64,000 nucleotides of DNA from Hamiltosporidium tvaerminnensis FI-OER-3-3 (lineage: Eukaryota > Fungi > Microsporidia). The stretch covers positions 186,001 to 250,000 of the forward strand of contig CM061251.1 in the NCBI GenBank assembly GCA_022605425.2, read 5' to 3'. The position numbers and the translations under genes were made by a program. This document shows, one piece after another, positions 46,513 through 57,815 of the stretch. The notes below the pieces were generated by a model. It did not search any database, was not told where the DNA came from, and was given only the letters and a program-made list of their open reading frames with translations. Each line of letters opens with the position of its first letter. Position 1 is the first letter of the stretch.

Positions 46513-46633
46513 TATTAATTTTAAATGAGATTGGAATATTTTTATTGAGAGCAATATTATATCTTTTGATTTTCTGGTTTTTATCAAATATTTCATATTA
46601 CTAGAATAAAAGTAAAGTCTTAAATTTCAGGTA

Positions 46634-46912
46634 ATTATCCTTGTTCTAATCTTTTATTGGGTTTTTTATTATTTTTTATGAAAGGAATAGAAATTTGTTG
46701 GTTAGTTTGTGAATAAAGATTATCCTTGTTTTAATCTTTTATTGGGTTTTTTATTATTTTTTATGAAAGGAATAGAAATTTGTTGGTTAGTTTGTGAATA
46801 AAGATTATCCTTGTTTTAATCTTTTATTGGGTTTTTATTATTTTTTATGAAAGGAATAGAAATTTGTTGGTTAGTTTGTGAATAAAGATTATCCTTGTTT
46901 TAATCTTTTATT
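46634..46912. repeat. Tandem repeat, 3.3 x 85 bp
   Basis: TATCCTTGTT at 46636, 46721, 46806 and 46890, with near-identical intervening sequence. Confidence 0.95.
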
Positions 46913-47189
46913 ACTATTATATCTTTTTCTTGGATTTTTAATTCTAAAAGAAATAAATATTTCTGTGGCTTGACACTTTTCTTATATTTAAAGAGTCTTT
47001 TGCCTCAGATGGCATAGAAACTTTATTTAATATTTTCCAACAATTAATAGAAGGTAAACTATTTGTTCATACTCAACAATGAGAGGTACAGGGAGACTGG
47101 GATAACTAGGTAAATAAGCAATAAAAGGTAAACCTTTTTTTTTACCTTAATTTTATCTTATTTCCTCGTTAGAGCATGGATTGAAGCAT

Positions 47190-47835
47190 CAAAACACATC
47201 TGTAAGGCAATTATTTGATGAAATTGATGAAAAAAACTTTGTTTGGATTTTTATTGGGAGTAAACCCTCATTGCATTTTCGAACGTCCAGTAGAAATTTT
47301 ATAAGTAAGAGAAAGTCTAAAAAATTTATTTATTTTTAAATAATGCGACTAAAAACCATGATTAAAGCTGTTGTAATTACCATATAAAAGCATGGAATTA
47401 CAGCCTTTCTCAGTCGGTTCAAACGATTTAACGCTTTGTAGATACAAAAAAAAACACTCTTTATTAAACCAGGAATATTTTTTTTAGCAGATTATACATG
47501 TTTGTATGGCATTCAATGTCTATTTGGATCCCATTTAAGTCGCCGAGATATATCTTAGCTAGAAGTTTATTTGGTTCTTGAAGTGTACAGTAAGTTTAGA
47601 GCAAGTGGGAATGCTGCATAGTCTAGAGGAAGTCTAGAGTAGGTTTCGACTTATGATTATACTCTAGGCAACAAACATCGAGCAACCGCCTGGTTCATTT
47701 AATAGGTTGTATAAATCTGTAGATGAAAAGTTTTGAAATATAAATATCGTATGAGCCGATAAAATTTTAAGAAGCAGTTATTTATGTTAAGCCTAGAACT
47801 GGGTTAATGTCATGAAAACAATATAAATTTATCTG
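47190..47835. repeat. Unclassified ~0.68-kb dispersed repeat, copy B (most diverged)
   Basis: Shares TTTGGATTTTTA, CCATTTAAGTC, TATCTTAGCTAGAAGTTTATT, GGGAATGCTGCAT, GCAACCGCCT and GCAGTTATTTATGTTAA with copies A and C. Confidence 0.8.
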
Positions 47836-48108
47836 TTTATACTACAATGTATTATTTTTTAAAATAAATTCAAATAAAAAGTATTCAAATTTCAATTTTT
47901 CGACATCTTAGTTTTAAATATAATAAAAATTTAAAAAAAAATGTAATTTTTGTTTCTTTAAATTTTCAAGGGTTATACAACAATCATTTTATTTTTCTTA
48001 ATTAATATTCTCACAATTTTTATTTTTTTTTGTTTCATTTCCATCGGTTTATATCTTATAAATTTTCATTTTTGTATTTTCTTTTTTTTAAAAAAAACTG
48101 TACCCTTA

Positions 48109-48516
48109 ATGGTTGAAGAAGTGTATGCACCAATAATTGATACTCAAATGACATTAAAAGATGCATTATTTCAAGTGTGTCATGTTTCAAGAGCACAAAA
48201 CAAACTAGTACGAGGAACTAGACAGACAATAAAAAAAATATTGAGAAAAGAGGCATTGGTTGTTTTTCTTACAGAAGATTCTAATAAAAATGTCGGTGAG
48301 TTGATCAAGGCATTAACAACAAAATATGATATTCCACTTTTACCACTTGAAGATTCTACTGAATTAGGAAAAATTGTTGGTTTTGAAAAAGTAAAACTTG
48401 GAGGAGAAACTCGTGTGGCCAAGTGTAGTGTTGCTTGCGTGGTGGATTATGTTAGAAATTCTGAAGGAAAAGTTTTTCTTGAAAATACTTTACGTGATAT
48501 GCAGGCGAAAAATTAA
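48109..48516 (+). CDS. RPS12: 40S ribosomal protein eS12
   Basis: MTLKDALFQV, KLVRGTRQ, ELGKIVG and RVAKCSVACVVDY match eS12 (L7Ae fold). TACCCTTAATG start context. Confidence 0.92.
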   Translation: MVEEVYAPIIDTQMTLKDALFQVCHVSRAQNKLVRGTRQTIKKILRKEALVVFLTEDSNKNVGELIKALTTKYDIPLLPLEDSTELGKIVGFEKVKLGGETRVAKCSVACVVDYVRNSEGKVFLENTLRDMQAKN

Positions 48517-48767
48517 TAAAAGGAATTAAATTTATTTATTTTTATGTGTAAGTCTAACTAATTCATTTCTATTATATTTTTATTGTATTTTTAGATTTCG
48601 TTTTTTTATATTTTATTGTATTCTTGGTATTTTTTTATCTTTATATTTAGTAAGATTAATGGTTTATATTCATTTGATTATGAAATAGACTCTTATTTTA
48701 CTATATTTTTAGGTTGGTTACGATTGGGATTTTATATTTTTTTTATACAATAGATTTTTTTTGATAA

Positions 48768-49466
48768 AGAGGGAAGGAATAGCTACATAAAAAACTATCT
48801 GGTTGGAAGTGAGTATGTGGAATTAATGTGAAAATCATTTTTTGGATTTTTGTTCGAAATAAATCCACACTAAAATTTCGGTTGCCCAATGGATTTGTAT
48901 GAGGAGGAGAAAGTCTACGAAATGACGAAATTTTTTTTACAAATTTATTTTGTAATTTTTTATGATGACTAGATTGAAGACCGCAGCTGAACTTGTAGGT
49001 AATTTCCATTTAAAAACACGTGAACCAAGCATTTTTCACTTGGGAGAAAACATTGAGCTACTAGGAGATATAAAAATGAATACATTTGAAGTAGGAGGCT
49101 AAATAGCAGGATATGTCTGTCGGTATGACTTTGCACTATCTTTTTGATTCCATTTAAGTCTCTAAAATCTATCTTAGCTAGAAATTTTTTGGGTTTGGAG
49201 AGTGTAGAGTAAGTGGGAATGCTGCATTGTCTTTGGGGAGCTAGGGTGGATTTCAATATTCGATCACACTCCATGCAACGGACATTAACGAACCCCAGGC
49301 AACCGCCTCGCCCATTAATTAGGTTCTACGCACCTGGTAGATGAAAAGCTTTGGTACTTAGGTATCGCAGGGGTACCAATGGAGTGTTGGGGTAGCAGTT
49401 ATTTATGTTAAACCTAGAATTACGTTAATGCCATTAAAACAAATATAACACTTGCCACTATTTTAA
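48768..49466. repeat. Unclassified ~0.68-kb dispersed repeat, copy C
   Basis: Collinear with copy A from GAGGGAAGGA..ACATAAAAAACT.TCTG to CTTGCCACTATTTTAAAA. Confidence 0.9.
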
Positions 49467-50929
49467 AAGGATGTGATACTTTTGAATAAAGTTAAACTTT
49501 TTTGTATGAATATCATTTTTAGGATGTATTTTTTTATATTACGCCGACATCCGTTAGAGTATGAATATCTTTGTATGAAGCAAATTATTGCATCCAAAAT
49601 TTATAAAAGAGATTCTTCCTAGAAAATAATTATTTCTTTACTGTTCGGTTGTATAATCAAATATATTTCTTTGGGACTTATAGAGCGTTTCTCTTTGAAA
49701 GGTATAAAAAAAATATAGCAAAAAACCTAAAAACTTTGTTTGAAAAGACAATCGTAAAATTTAAATTATATGTTGCAACGATATGTTCGTTATTTGTATT
49801 CACTTTTTACCAAATATAAATTTGAGCCTTAAAAACGAAATAGGTGTTACCCTGTTCAATAATTCTTCAAATATGTGTGTAAAAATAAAAAGGTTACTAT
49901 AATATAACAGATATCTAAGATTAATATTTGGACTGACACATTATACATTTGTATTGGATTTTTAGTGTAAAAGATGATGCTTGTTGATGTTTGAATTACA
50001 GGTATGTTGTTTCTTGAGATTATTTCAATAAATCATCCTAACAAATTCACCTTATTTGTCTAATCTGTCAGTCAAATATATTAGGGTAATATGAAAATAA
50101 CTTTTTATTAAATGATTCGTGTATAGGCTACCATGTATACATTTGAGAGATTCATTATTAGGATTAGAATTGAACCACAAGGACAATCGGTACACACTAT
50201 AATTCCGATGTCATTTATTTCAAGATACGTAGAGAAGTTTCTTGATTTCCAGTCAAACATAATATAAGCGCCATTGTTATGCTAATATAAAATCAAAAAA
50301 TATTTAAAAATATGTATAATTAAATAAAAGTTTAGCTTCAAAACCGTATAGATTACAGAAAAATCTTAAAAACTCAATTGTAAAAACGAGAAGGCAAAAA
50401 ATCTTGTTTTTCTTTCCAAAGACTTTACGGTTATGTGATATAAAGAGCAATTTGTATAATTGAAGTTCAAAAATATATGAAAAAAAATTGAAAAAATATT
50501 GCGCAACTATTGTCGAATAAAGAGGTTAAATTATTGGACATTGTTTTAACCTTAATAATTATTTCAATAATTAAGTATAATCTGCTTTAAATTTGTTTGA
50601 ACGGTTGAAAACCGATTTGTTTTTAACAATTTTAAATATTTTTTAAATAGAATCAGACGTTTCAAAATTATTATAAAGATTCAAAGGTTTTTTTTAGACC
50701 CCTTTTTACCATTTAAATGATAATTTTTCGCTTTAAAATAATTTTAAAATTTGTATTTTATTTTTCAGATAAGCTAGTTTTTTGTTTAATAATAAAAAAA
50801 TCATATTCTTTTTGTCTATATAAAGAGCTCACAATCTTATTCAAATTATTGATTCACATGAATTTATTGCTTAAATTATGAAACATATTTCTGAAACTGT
50901 TATAAAACGAATTTCCTTTTTTGTTTTAA

Positions 50930-53584
50930 ATGTTAGACAGAAAATATATTGTTCCTGTAGTTGATTCTGACCAGTTTATCTATGGAGATACAGATATAAA
51001 CAACCCAAAGGAATGTTTGGAGAGAATAAATGAAATTTTGGATAATACGGAAATGATAAATCAAGAATTAGAAAAACTTTTGTTTATGACATGTACAAAA
51101 GAAAATAAAGAATATTATAAAATAGTTTCTAAACTTTACGATATAGGCAGAAAGTCATTGTTTAATGATGAATCTAACGATATCCTATTAAAAATATTTG
51201 AGTTCGTATTGTCTATTTCGAATTTCAGAGATAAGTGGATATTGAAATTGAAAATAAATGATATTTTTGTGACAAATAAAATCAAAGTTCTGGTTCCACA
51301 GAATTATAAAAACATTGTATTTTCAGAAGATTGTAAAAATATTGTGTCTTTAGCTAAAGAATATTTAGAAAAGGAGATTGGAAAGAATATCACACGAACA
51401 AAGATAGCAGCTTTTTGCGTAATTTGTTCGATTGAATTAGACGATCAAGCAATTATCGAGCTTGAAATGCTTGATGAAAATATTTTTTATTTTATAGCAT
51501 ATGTATTTTCAAACTCCAAAACGAAATATGAAATTTTATTAAGTTGGTTAAAAAATTTAAAAATAGAAGAAATAGAATTAAATTTACTTTATCTAGAAAA
51601 TATTGATTCCATGAAATTCATTATAAACGAACTAAATAACATAAAAGACAATAATGTTTTTGTGTCTATAATTAAACATTCGAAATCTCATAAATTGATA
51701 GATGTATTTTTTTCTAGATTATATGAATCTAAATATTTGCTAGAGATATTACTTATTACGTATAAAGATGAAGATCACGAATATACCAACTCGATTTTCT
51801 CCAAAATATTTGCAATTGATAATAACGAAGGTGAAAAAATGCTGAAAAGGTTTTTAATTGAAACCAAAAGTAAATATTTTTCCGCAATGTTTTTTGAAAA
51901 GTGCAAAAATGTAGATAGTTATTACATTGAAGCTTGCCTGATCTGTTCCAATAATATCGATTTGATTCGTGATGAAAATATAATTAAGGTTTCGCAAAGT
52001 CATTATTTTTCGTTTCTCACTTCTGAATATGTGATTTATGAAAAGTGCCTAAGAAAATTGAAAAAAATATTTGATGAAGATAAATTTGAAATTTATGATA
52101 CTGTTAAAGATAAAAAATATTTCATAAAAAACCTATGTAAGAGATTATTTAAAGAACAGATCATAATCGAGGCTGTATCTATAAAGAAAATTTTGCTTTT
52201 TCTAGAACTCTTTCCAGAGTCATATAGTGAAATTTTTAAATACTTAATTGAAGTTTTGATAAGGGAAAAACAATTTGTTAAAAATAATAAACTTGAAAAT
52301 ATCGAGATAAACCGCAGTACCAATACTCTTGCCGAAAATAATACACATAAGATAATAACAAGCCAAGAAAATATTATAATTTGTGGATTTAATACAAATG
52401 ATAAAAACCTATTATTTACTTTAATTGACAAGTTACGTCATGATAATAGAATTATAAATTATATAGACATTCTTTTAGGCATTGATTATGAGATATATCT
52501 TGAAAATGTTGTGTTTAATGATTCGAATATCCTTGATTTACTTTTTATAGAAAGTATTAATTATTTTATTTCAAATATGGTGGAATTAGATTGTAAAAAA
52601 AAATTAATAAAAAAAATCATCAAGTATAAGCATTTATCTTGTAGAGAAACCTATTACTGGAATATTATTTTGAGAAAAAATATAAATACTTTTGAACTAT
52701 TCGATGATTCGGTTTTGATGGACAAACTTATGGCTGAATCAATTGGGAAAAATCTACAAGAAATAGATAAAAATGAAATGTATTTTTACAATTCTAATTC
52801 CAATATAATTTCTATTTTGATTAATGACATAAAGAATAATCATCCAAAATACAGAAATTATAAGTTATATGACAAAATTTTAAAAAAATTTCAGTTAGAA
52901 AATTCATATCCCGAGGGTCTGGTATTTTTTGATTCATCTATAATAATAGAAAGACGAATGGTTAGCTTCTGTTGTTACATTATTTATTTTCAAACTGATG
53001 TTGAAGCAGAACAAAATTTAATTTCACTTTATGGCAATTTGATCACAACAATCGGTTTAAAAAATGCAAGATTATTTAGAAAAATACAAAATGGCAAACA
53101 AGAAGAAACCATACTTTTAGATCAGGGGAATAACCACTCTAAAGAAATCAATCTTTCACTTTCATACAATTCCGGTATTCTTTTACTGTATATAAATGAA
53201 ATAAAATATAAATTTTATATAACAGATATCAACAAATTAATTATCGGCAAAAATTTCAAAGGAATTGTTAGTAAAATACTTTGGTACGAATATTATGGAT
53301 TTAAAATGGAATATACTATTGACATTCCAAGATCTCGCTATTTCATTGATTTTCTAAGTGATTTAGAAAAAATATTAATTTTTAATAACCATGCAGGTGT
53401 TTACATTGACACGCTTACACCATATTTTCTATCTTCTTGTCCAATCGATATATATATAAGCAACATTTATAAAAATTCTAATTTTTATTGGAAACAAAAT
53501 ACGGATCTTAAAAATATTTTGTTGGAAGAATCCATAAAAGATCAAACTATCAAATCTTTATATGAAAAATATTTTACAGAATAA
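50930..53584 (+). CDS. Hypothetical protein, 884 aa (helical N-terminal part, beta-rich C-terminal part)
   Basis: A 2.65-kb ORF is far too long to be chance in DNA this AT-rich. AATAAA follows the stop. No family confidently recognised. Confidence 0.85.
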   Translation: MLDRKYIVPVVDSDQFIYGDTDINNPKECLERINEILDNTEMINQELEKLLFMTCTKENKEYYKIVSKLYDIGRKSLFNDESNDILLKIFEFVLSISNFRDKWILKLKINDIFVTNKIKVLVPQNYKNIVFSEDCKNIVSLAKEYLEKEIGKNITRTKIAAFCVICSIELDDQAIIELEMLDENIFYFIAYVFSNSKTKYEILLSWLKNLKIEEIELNLLYLENIDSMKFIINELNNIKDNNVFVSIIKHSKSHKLIDVFFSRLYESKYLLEILLITYKDEDHEYTNSIFSKIFAIDNNEGEKMLKRFLIETKSKYFSAMFFEKCKNVDSYYIEACLICSNNIDLIRDENIIKVSQSHYFSFLTSEYVIYEKCLRKLKKIFDEDKFEIYDTVKDKKYFIKNLCKRLFKEQIIIEAVSIKKILLFLELFPESYSEIFKYLIEVLIREKQFVKNNKLENIEINRSTNTLAENNTHKIITSQENIIICGFNTNDKNLLFTLIDKLRHDNRIINYIDILLGIDYEIYLENVVFNDSNILDLLFIESINYFISNMVELDCKKKLIKKIIKYKHLSCRETYYWNIILRKNINTFELFDDSVLMDKLMAESIGKNLQEIDKNEMYFYNSNSNIISILINDIKNNHPKYRNYKLYDKILKKFQLENSYPEGLVFFDSSIIIERRMVSFCCYIIYFQTDVEAEQNLISLYGNLITTIGLKNARLFRKIQNGKQEETILLDQGNNHSKEINLSLSYNSGILLLYINEIKYKFYITDINKLIIGKNFKGIVSKILWYEYYGFKMEYTIDIPRSRYFIDFLSDLEKILIFNNHAGVYIDTLTPYFLSSCPIDIYISNIYKNSNFYWKQNTDLKNILLEESIKDQTIKSLYEKYFTE

Positions 53585-53925
53585 TTGTTTAACAATAAAA
53601 CCAAATTTTTACTCATAATTCATAGGTTATTCTGAAGTCTAAATTACCAATTAAATAAAATTATTATTTATCCAATTATAGATTTGTATTTGAACGTACC
53701 ATTTAAATTATCAAATTTGTGACCTATAATTTTACAAAAAAAGAAAATAAAAATAATTTATAAAAATAGACAAATAATTTTGTAAAATGATATTTTATAT
53801 TAAAACAATAGCGAATAAATATTATAAAATAAATGATATTCCTCCTTTTTTCTGTTACATTTGTCAATTATTATTTGATAATTTTTTTTATTGAAACTAT
53901 TTAATAATTAAATTTATTGCTTTTT

Positions 53926-54171
53926 ATGGAAATATTTTCGATATTGTTTTCTATTTTGTATGTTCTTTCAACTATTGAATGCATGGGTAATAGTGGTTCT
54001 CAACCAGAAACTCCTACGAACCAAGAACAAGCTGTAAAACCAGAAGTTAAACCCGAGGGTACTGGTGACCAAAATGGTCAACTTACTTCGCAAAGATATG
54101 ATAATAATAGATTCGAACGCCCTGTTCAAAATTCAAAGGTTCCACGTGGTTCATACTCAAGAAGAGGGTAG
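53926..54171 (+). CDS. Small secreted protein (81 aa), Pro/Gln/Glu-rich
   Basis: MEIFSILFSILYVLSTIEC hydrophobic leader, then a hydrophilic body with higher GC than the flanks. AATAAA lies ~25 nt after the stop. Confidence 0.7.
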   Translation: MEIFSILFSILYVLSTIECMGNSGSQPETPTNQEQAVKPEVKPEGTGDQNGQLTSQRYDNNRFERPVQNSKVPRGSYSRRG

Positions 54172-54293
54172 CCCGGCAGTTCTTGTTGACATTAAATAAA
54201 AGTGTTAAAAAAATTCTTTTACTATTTAATTCAAAATAGGATTACTATAAAAAAAAATCACGATATTCTACAAAATACTTAGATTATAAATAA

Positions 54294-55121
54294 TGTCGTA
54301 TTTTATTCTTTCCACTCATTTTATTTTGCTCTTCTCCCGTTAAAAAATAGAAAAAATACAATAAAATACCATCGTCTAGACTTAATTACTTTTTTCGTTT
54401 TTAAAATTTAAATTAAAATTTAAAATTTTCCATCGATTTAAACTAGATTTTCATATTCTATATGTTAGGTTTTGGAAGAGTCTCTTACTAAAAATGTCGT
54501 AATTTCTTCTTGTTTTTTCATTATGTTACTTGTCTCATTCTTGAATGCATTGTCTTGTTAAATTGTATTTATTAGGCTAAAACATGTATATGAAAACCGC
54601 AAAAAAAAATATTTTTTGAAACTCTTTAATTTATGGTGTGTTTTAGTAACTTAGGTCTTATTTTCTTTATTTTTTTTAATTTTAAAATATCCACATTAAA
54701 ATGCAAAAGAGTCTCATATAGAGGAAGTAAAGAAAATAAGGAAATAAAAGTGTATAAAAAATGGAATATAAAAAAATTTCATTAAAATTCAAAATTTATT
54801 ATATTTTTTATTTGTTGGTAATTTTTCTAATATTTTTTGAATTCTTCCAATTCTTCAATTTTTTTCATTTGTTTTTTTTACTCTTTTAAAAAGATTTTCA
54901 AAATATTTTTTTAATTTATCTAAAAATTCTTTTGGTTTAAATAGTATTATTGTATTAAAATTCTTTAATTTATCGCACAATAAATATTTCCCCGCCAAAA
55001 AAAAGGATAAATACGAATCTTTTTTCATACTCCATTCGATTTAGCAGATGTGATGATTTGTTGGATTTTACCTTTTTTTCAAGGTAAAATTATCAGGCGA
55101 AAGTCAATATAAAATACAACA
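54294..55121. mobile_element. Non-coding TG...CA element, copy 3 (diverged, same orientation as copy 1)
   Basis: Begins TGTCGTATTTTA and ends TAAAATACAACA. Internal blocks CTCCCGT, TTTTAGTAACTTA.GTCTTATTTT and GATTTTAC...GGTAAAATT align to copy 1. Confidence 0.75.
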
Positions 55122-55410
55122 AGAAATAATTAGAATTCCAAATTATTATTCAAGGAATATTTAATAATTTTTTTATTTTAAAGATTATATCTAAAAATAT
55201 CTTAAAACTTTTAAATAAACTTATCTTTCCTTAAAATGTAACTATCAATATTGTATTAAACACTTGTCTAAAAGACCATATTTATATTCTAGCTACTATC
55301 TATCTTATTTTAAAACTGTGTAATGTAAAAGACGAATTATAAAAATTATTTATTTATGTGATTGATAGTTACAAATTATATATTTGTATTGTTTTTTTAG
55401 GTACAATAGA

Positions 55411-55641
55411 ATGAAAATATTAATAAAAACTTTTAAAACTATAAAATTACTGTTTATAGTATATGGATTTATATGTGCAGACCGTTCTTTCCGAAGTATA
55501 GACGATAATTTTAATAAAAAAGAATCATATTTAATGGACTTAAACGGTGATTTAAAGTATGAAGTATTTGGTACAAGAAATATAGCAAATGAAGCGGCTT
55601 TAATGTCTAGAATATCAAATAATGAGAAACCAATTCATTAA
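55411..55641 (+). CDS. Small putative secreted protein (76 aa)
   Basis: MKILIKTFKTIKLLFIVYGFICA has a basic n-region, hydrophobic core and I-C-A cleavage-like site, followed by a hydrophilic tail. AATAAA lies just after the stop. Confidence 0.55.
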   Translation: MKILIKTFKTIKLLFIVYGFICADRSFRSIDDNFNKKESYLMDLNGDLKYEVFGTRNIANEAALMSRISNNEKPIH

Positions 55642-55737
55642 AATTTAAATAAAAGTTCATTTTTTACTTTTTTCTTTGTCTAAAACAAAATTATTTATTT
55701 GTTTCGGAACTTTTTAAAACAAAAGATGAAAGAATTT

Positions 55738-55903
55738 TTTTTTGTTTTAGAATTTAAGTAAATTATCAGTGAAACTTTTCTATGAATATTCTTTAAATAT
55801 TATAAAACCGTTTTTTTGTTTTAGAATTTAAGTAAATTAACAGTGAAACTTTTCTATGAATATTCTTTAAATATTATAAAACCGTTTTTTTGTTTTAGAA
55901 TTT
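55738..55903. repeat. Tandem repeat, ~2.2 x 74 bp
   Basis: TTTTGTTTTAGAATTT recurs with its G at 55750, 55824 and 55898. Confidence 0.9.
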
Positions 55904-56299
55904 TTTTTGATATAAAATGAAGTTTCGTATATTTTTTAAATTAAAAATATTCAGACACTTTACAGTAAAATGTAAAAATTTGCCATTTACCTGAGTAAAA
56001 TACTTTTCAATTTTTAATCTTTTAGAATTAAACAACAGTTATTTATGTCTTTTGTTTATTGCTTCAATATTTCTATTTATGACGAAACAACATCATAATA
56101 TTCTGTATTTATTCGTCATTAAGAAGATTTTGGATAAAAAATTAAGAAAACAGAACTAAGTTTAAAAAGAAAGCCAAGCTAGTTAATCAATATTGATAGA
56201 AGAATTTATTTTATTATCTTAAACACGAGTCTGTTTTTTCTAATATACTGGTTATTAAACTAATGGAAACGAACTTAATATTACATCTACCAAATAAAA

Positions 56300-57480
56300 G
56301 AAAATAATGTATTTTATATTTTTATAATTCATTAACTGACCTTTTGTTATTTATCTTTTCATTTAGACTTTTACAACCAAGACTGTTCTGTTTTCTTAGA
56401 TATGTTTTTAGTATTTCATATCAGCGTTTATAGGCGACCTTGTGTAATTTCTTAATATAATTTTAGAATATTTTTTTGAATAATATACTTTTCTACTTCT
56501 GTTCTGCTTGCTTTTAATTTTATTAGAACTAAAGTAATTGTTTTATGTTTATTCTTTTAAGTTGACTATCTAGATTTATGAAATAAATTTTTATTTTTGT
56601 TGAAGTCTTCGTATAAAGCACTGTCATTGCCTTAAAAAACAGTTTTTTTGCAAAAAAATTTATTGGTTGATTTAATTATTATAAAACTTACTGGTTATCT
56701 CATTGAAATCTTTTAATTGATAAGGTATAAAACTCATTGTATTAATCGAAGCATAGTTGCTTTATTGAAATATTCATTGAGGATATAAATAAATTGCACA
56801 TAGAAAAGGCAAAAAATATTAATTCAACTTGACTATTGTTTAGAAATTAGAAAAAAAATATTGGCAATAAAATCCGAAAAAAGGTGATTAAAATTGAATT
56901 TTACTTCAAAGAATCCAAACAAAAATATATTTATTAATGTGCTTCTTATGGTGTCAACATAGAAGAATTTTTTGAAAAATAAGTGTAAATATTTTTTTAA
57001 ACTAATAAAAACGGGCCAAAATGTTTCATGTTCTACTTCTAGACATTATTATTGTTTGGTGGGATCTATCAATTATTCACAAGCGACATATTCTTAATCT
57101 TAATACTATTGTATGTGTCTTGCTTTTTTTGAATAAATTGAACACCTCGAGGTGCTTCTTCGCAGTTTCCGCCATGCCATTACTCGATTATATAATAGAA
57201 GATAGTTCTGAATATTTAAATTTTCATTTCTCAGCTTTCTTACCGATTTATTTGTTAATAGTATAAAATCTTTCAAACTTTCATCATAAGTATTTCATTT
57301 GTGGATATATTATTCTTTCAAGCTTGTCTTTATGAATTATCTCTTCAAATTTATAGGTTGGAATTAATTTAAAATAGAATATCTGCTATCTTTGGTTCTA
57401 AATATTCCAAAAGATGGTTTGATAAGCAATCGATAAATATTTTTAGGAATCGTAATAATATTTAAGTCTATATGTTTTAT
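56300..57480 (-). mobile_element. Possible decayed LTR-retrotransposon integrase remnant
   Basis: Minus-strand fragments KIADIL (~57375-57393; cf. N.vADaLS), HGG (~57168-57176) and ICRL* (~57078-57092; broken CxxC) occur in the expected order. Weak. Confidence 0.3.
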
Positions 57481-57527
57481 CTGTCAAAAATACATAAATA
57501 TATATATGAATAAAGTTTTGAAAATTT

Positions 57528-57815
57528 ATGAATTATATTTCATTTATAGTTTTGATAGTTCTTGTAGTTAGTAAACCCGAATGTATTGGTTCAACGACAT
57601 GTAAAACTAAGGAATGCCAAACACCTTTAACAGGTACAATAGTTGTTCAAGCTTCCGAACCAAAATGTGCTAGTTTTTAACGAGCTGTACAGATTAACAA
57701 AGCTAAAAATACTTGTGAATCAAATAATAGCGATAATGACAAATGTAAACCTAAAGATAAATGTAAAATAGTCTCAAAAAATGATTTTTATGAAGATATT
57801 CCATTAGAAATGTGA
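57528..57815 (+). pseudogene. Cys-rich small secreted protein interrupted by one in-frame TAA (57678-57680)
   Basis: MNYISFIVLIVLVVSKPECIGSTTCKTKECQTPLTGTIVVQASEPKCASF*RAVQINKAKNTCESNNSDNDKCKPKDKCKIVSKNDFYEDIPLEM*. Signal peptide, 7 Cys, and the frame stays open for 44 codons past the stop. Confidence 0.65.

Noticed and set aside
46202-46604. Three overlapping hydrophobic ORFs (67, 90 and 118 aa)
   Set aside because: They are translations of a T-rich low-complexity repeat with no credible protein features.
48743-49274. Minus-strand ORFs in the 0.68-kb repeat sharing TYST.S.P.K.LAKI.FRDL with ORF 32627-32818
   Set aside because: The similarity follows from nucleotide homology. Starts, stops and frames differ between copies, so coding function is unsupported.
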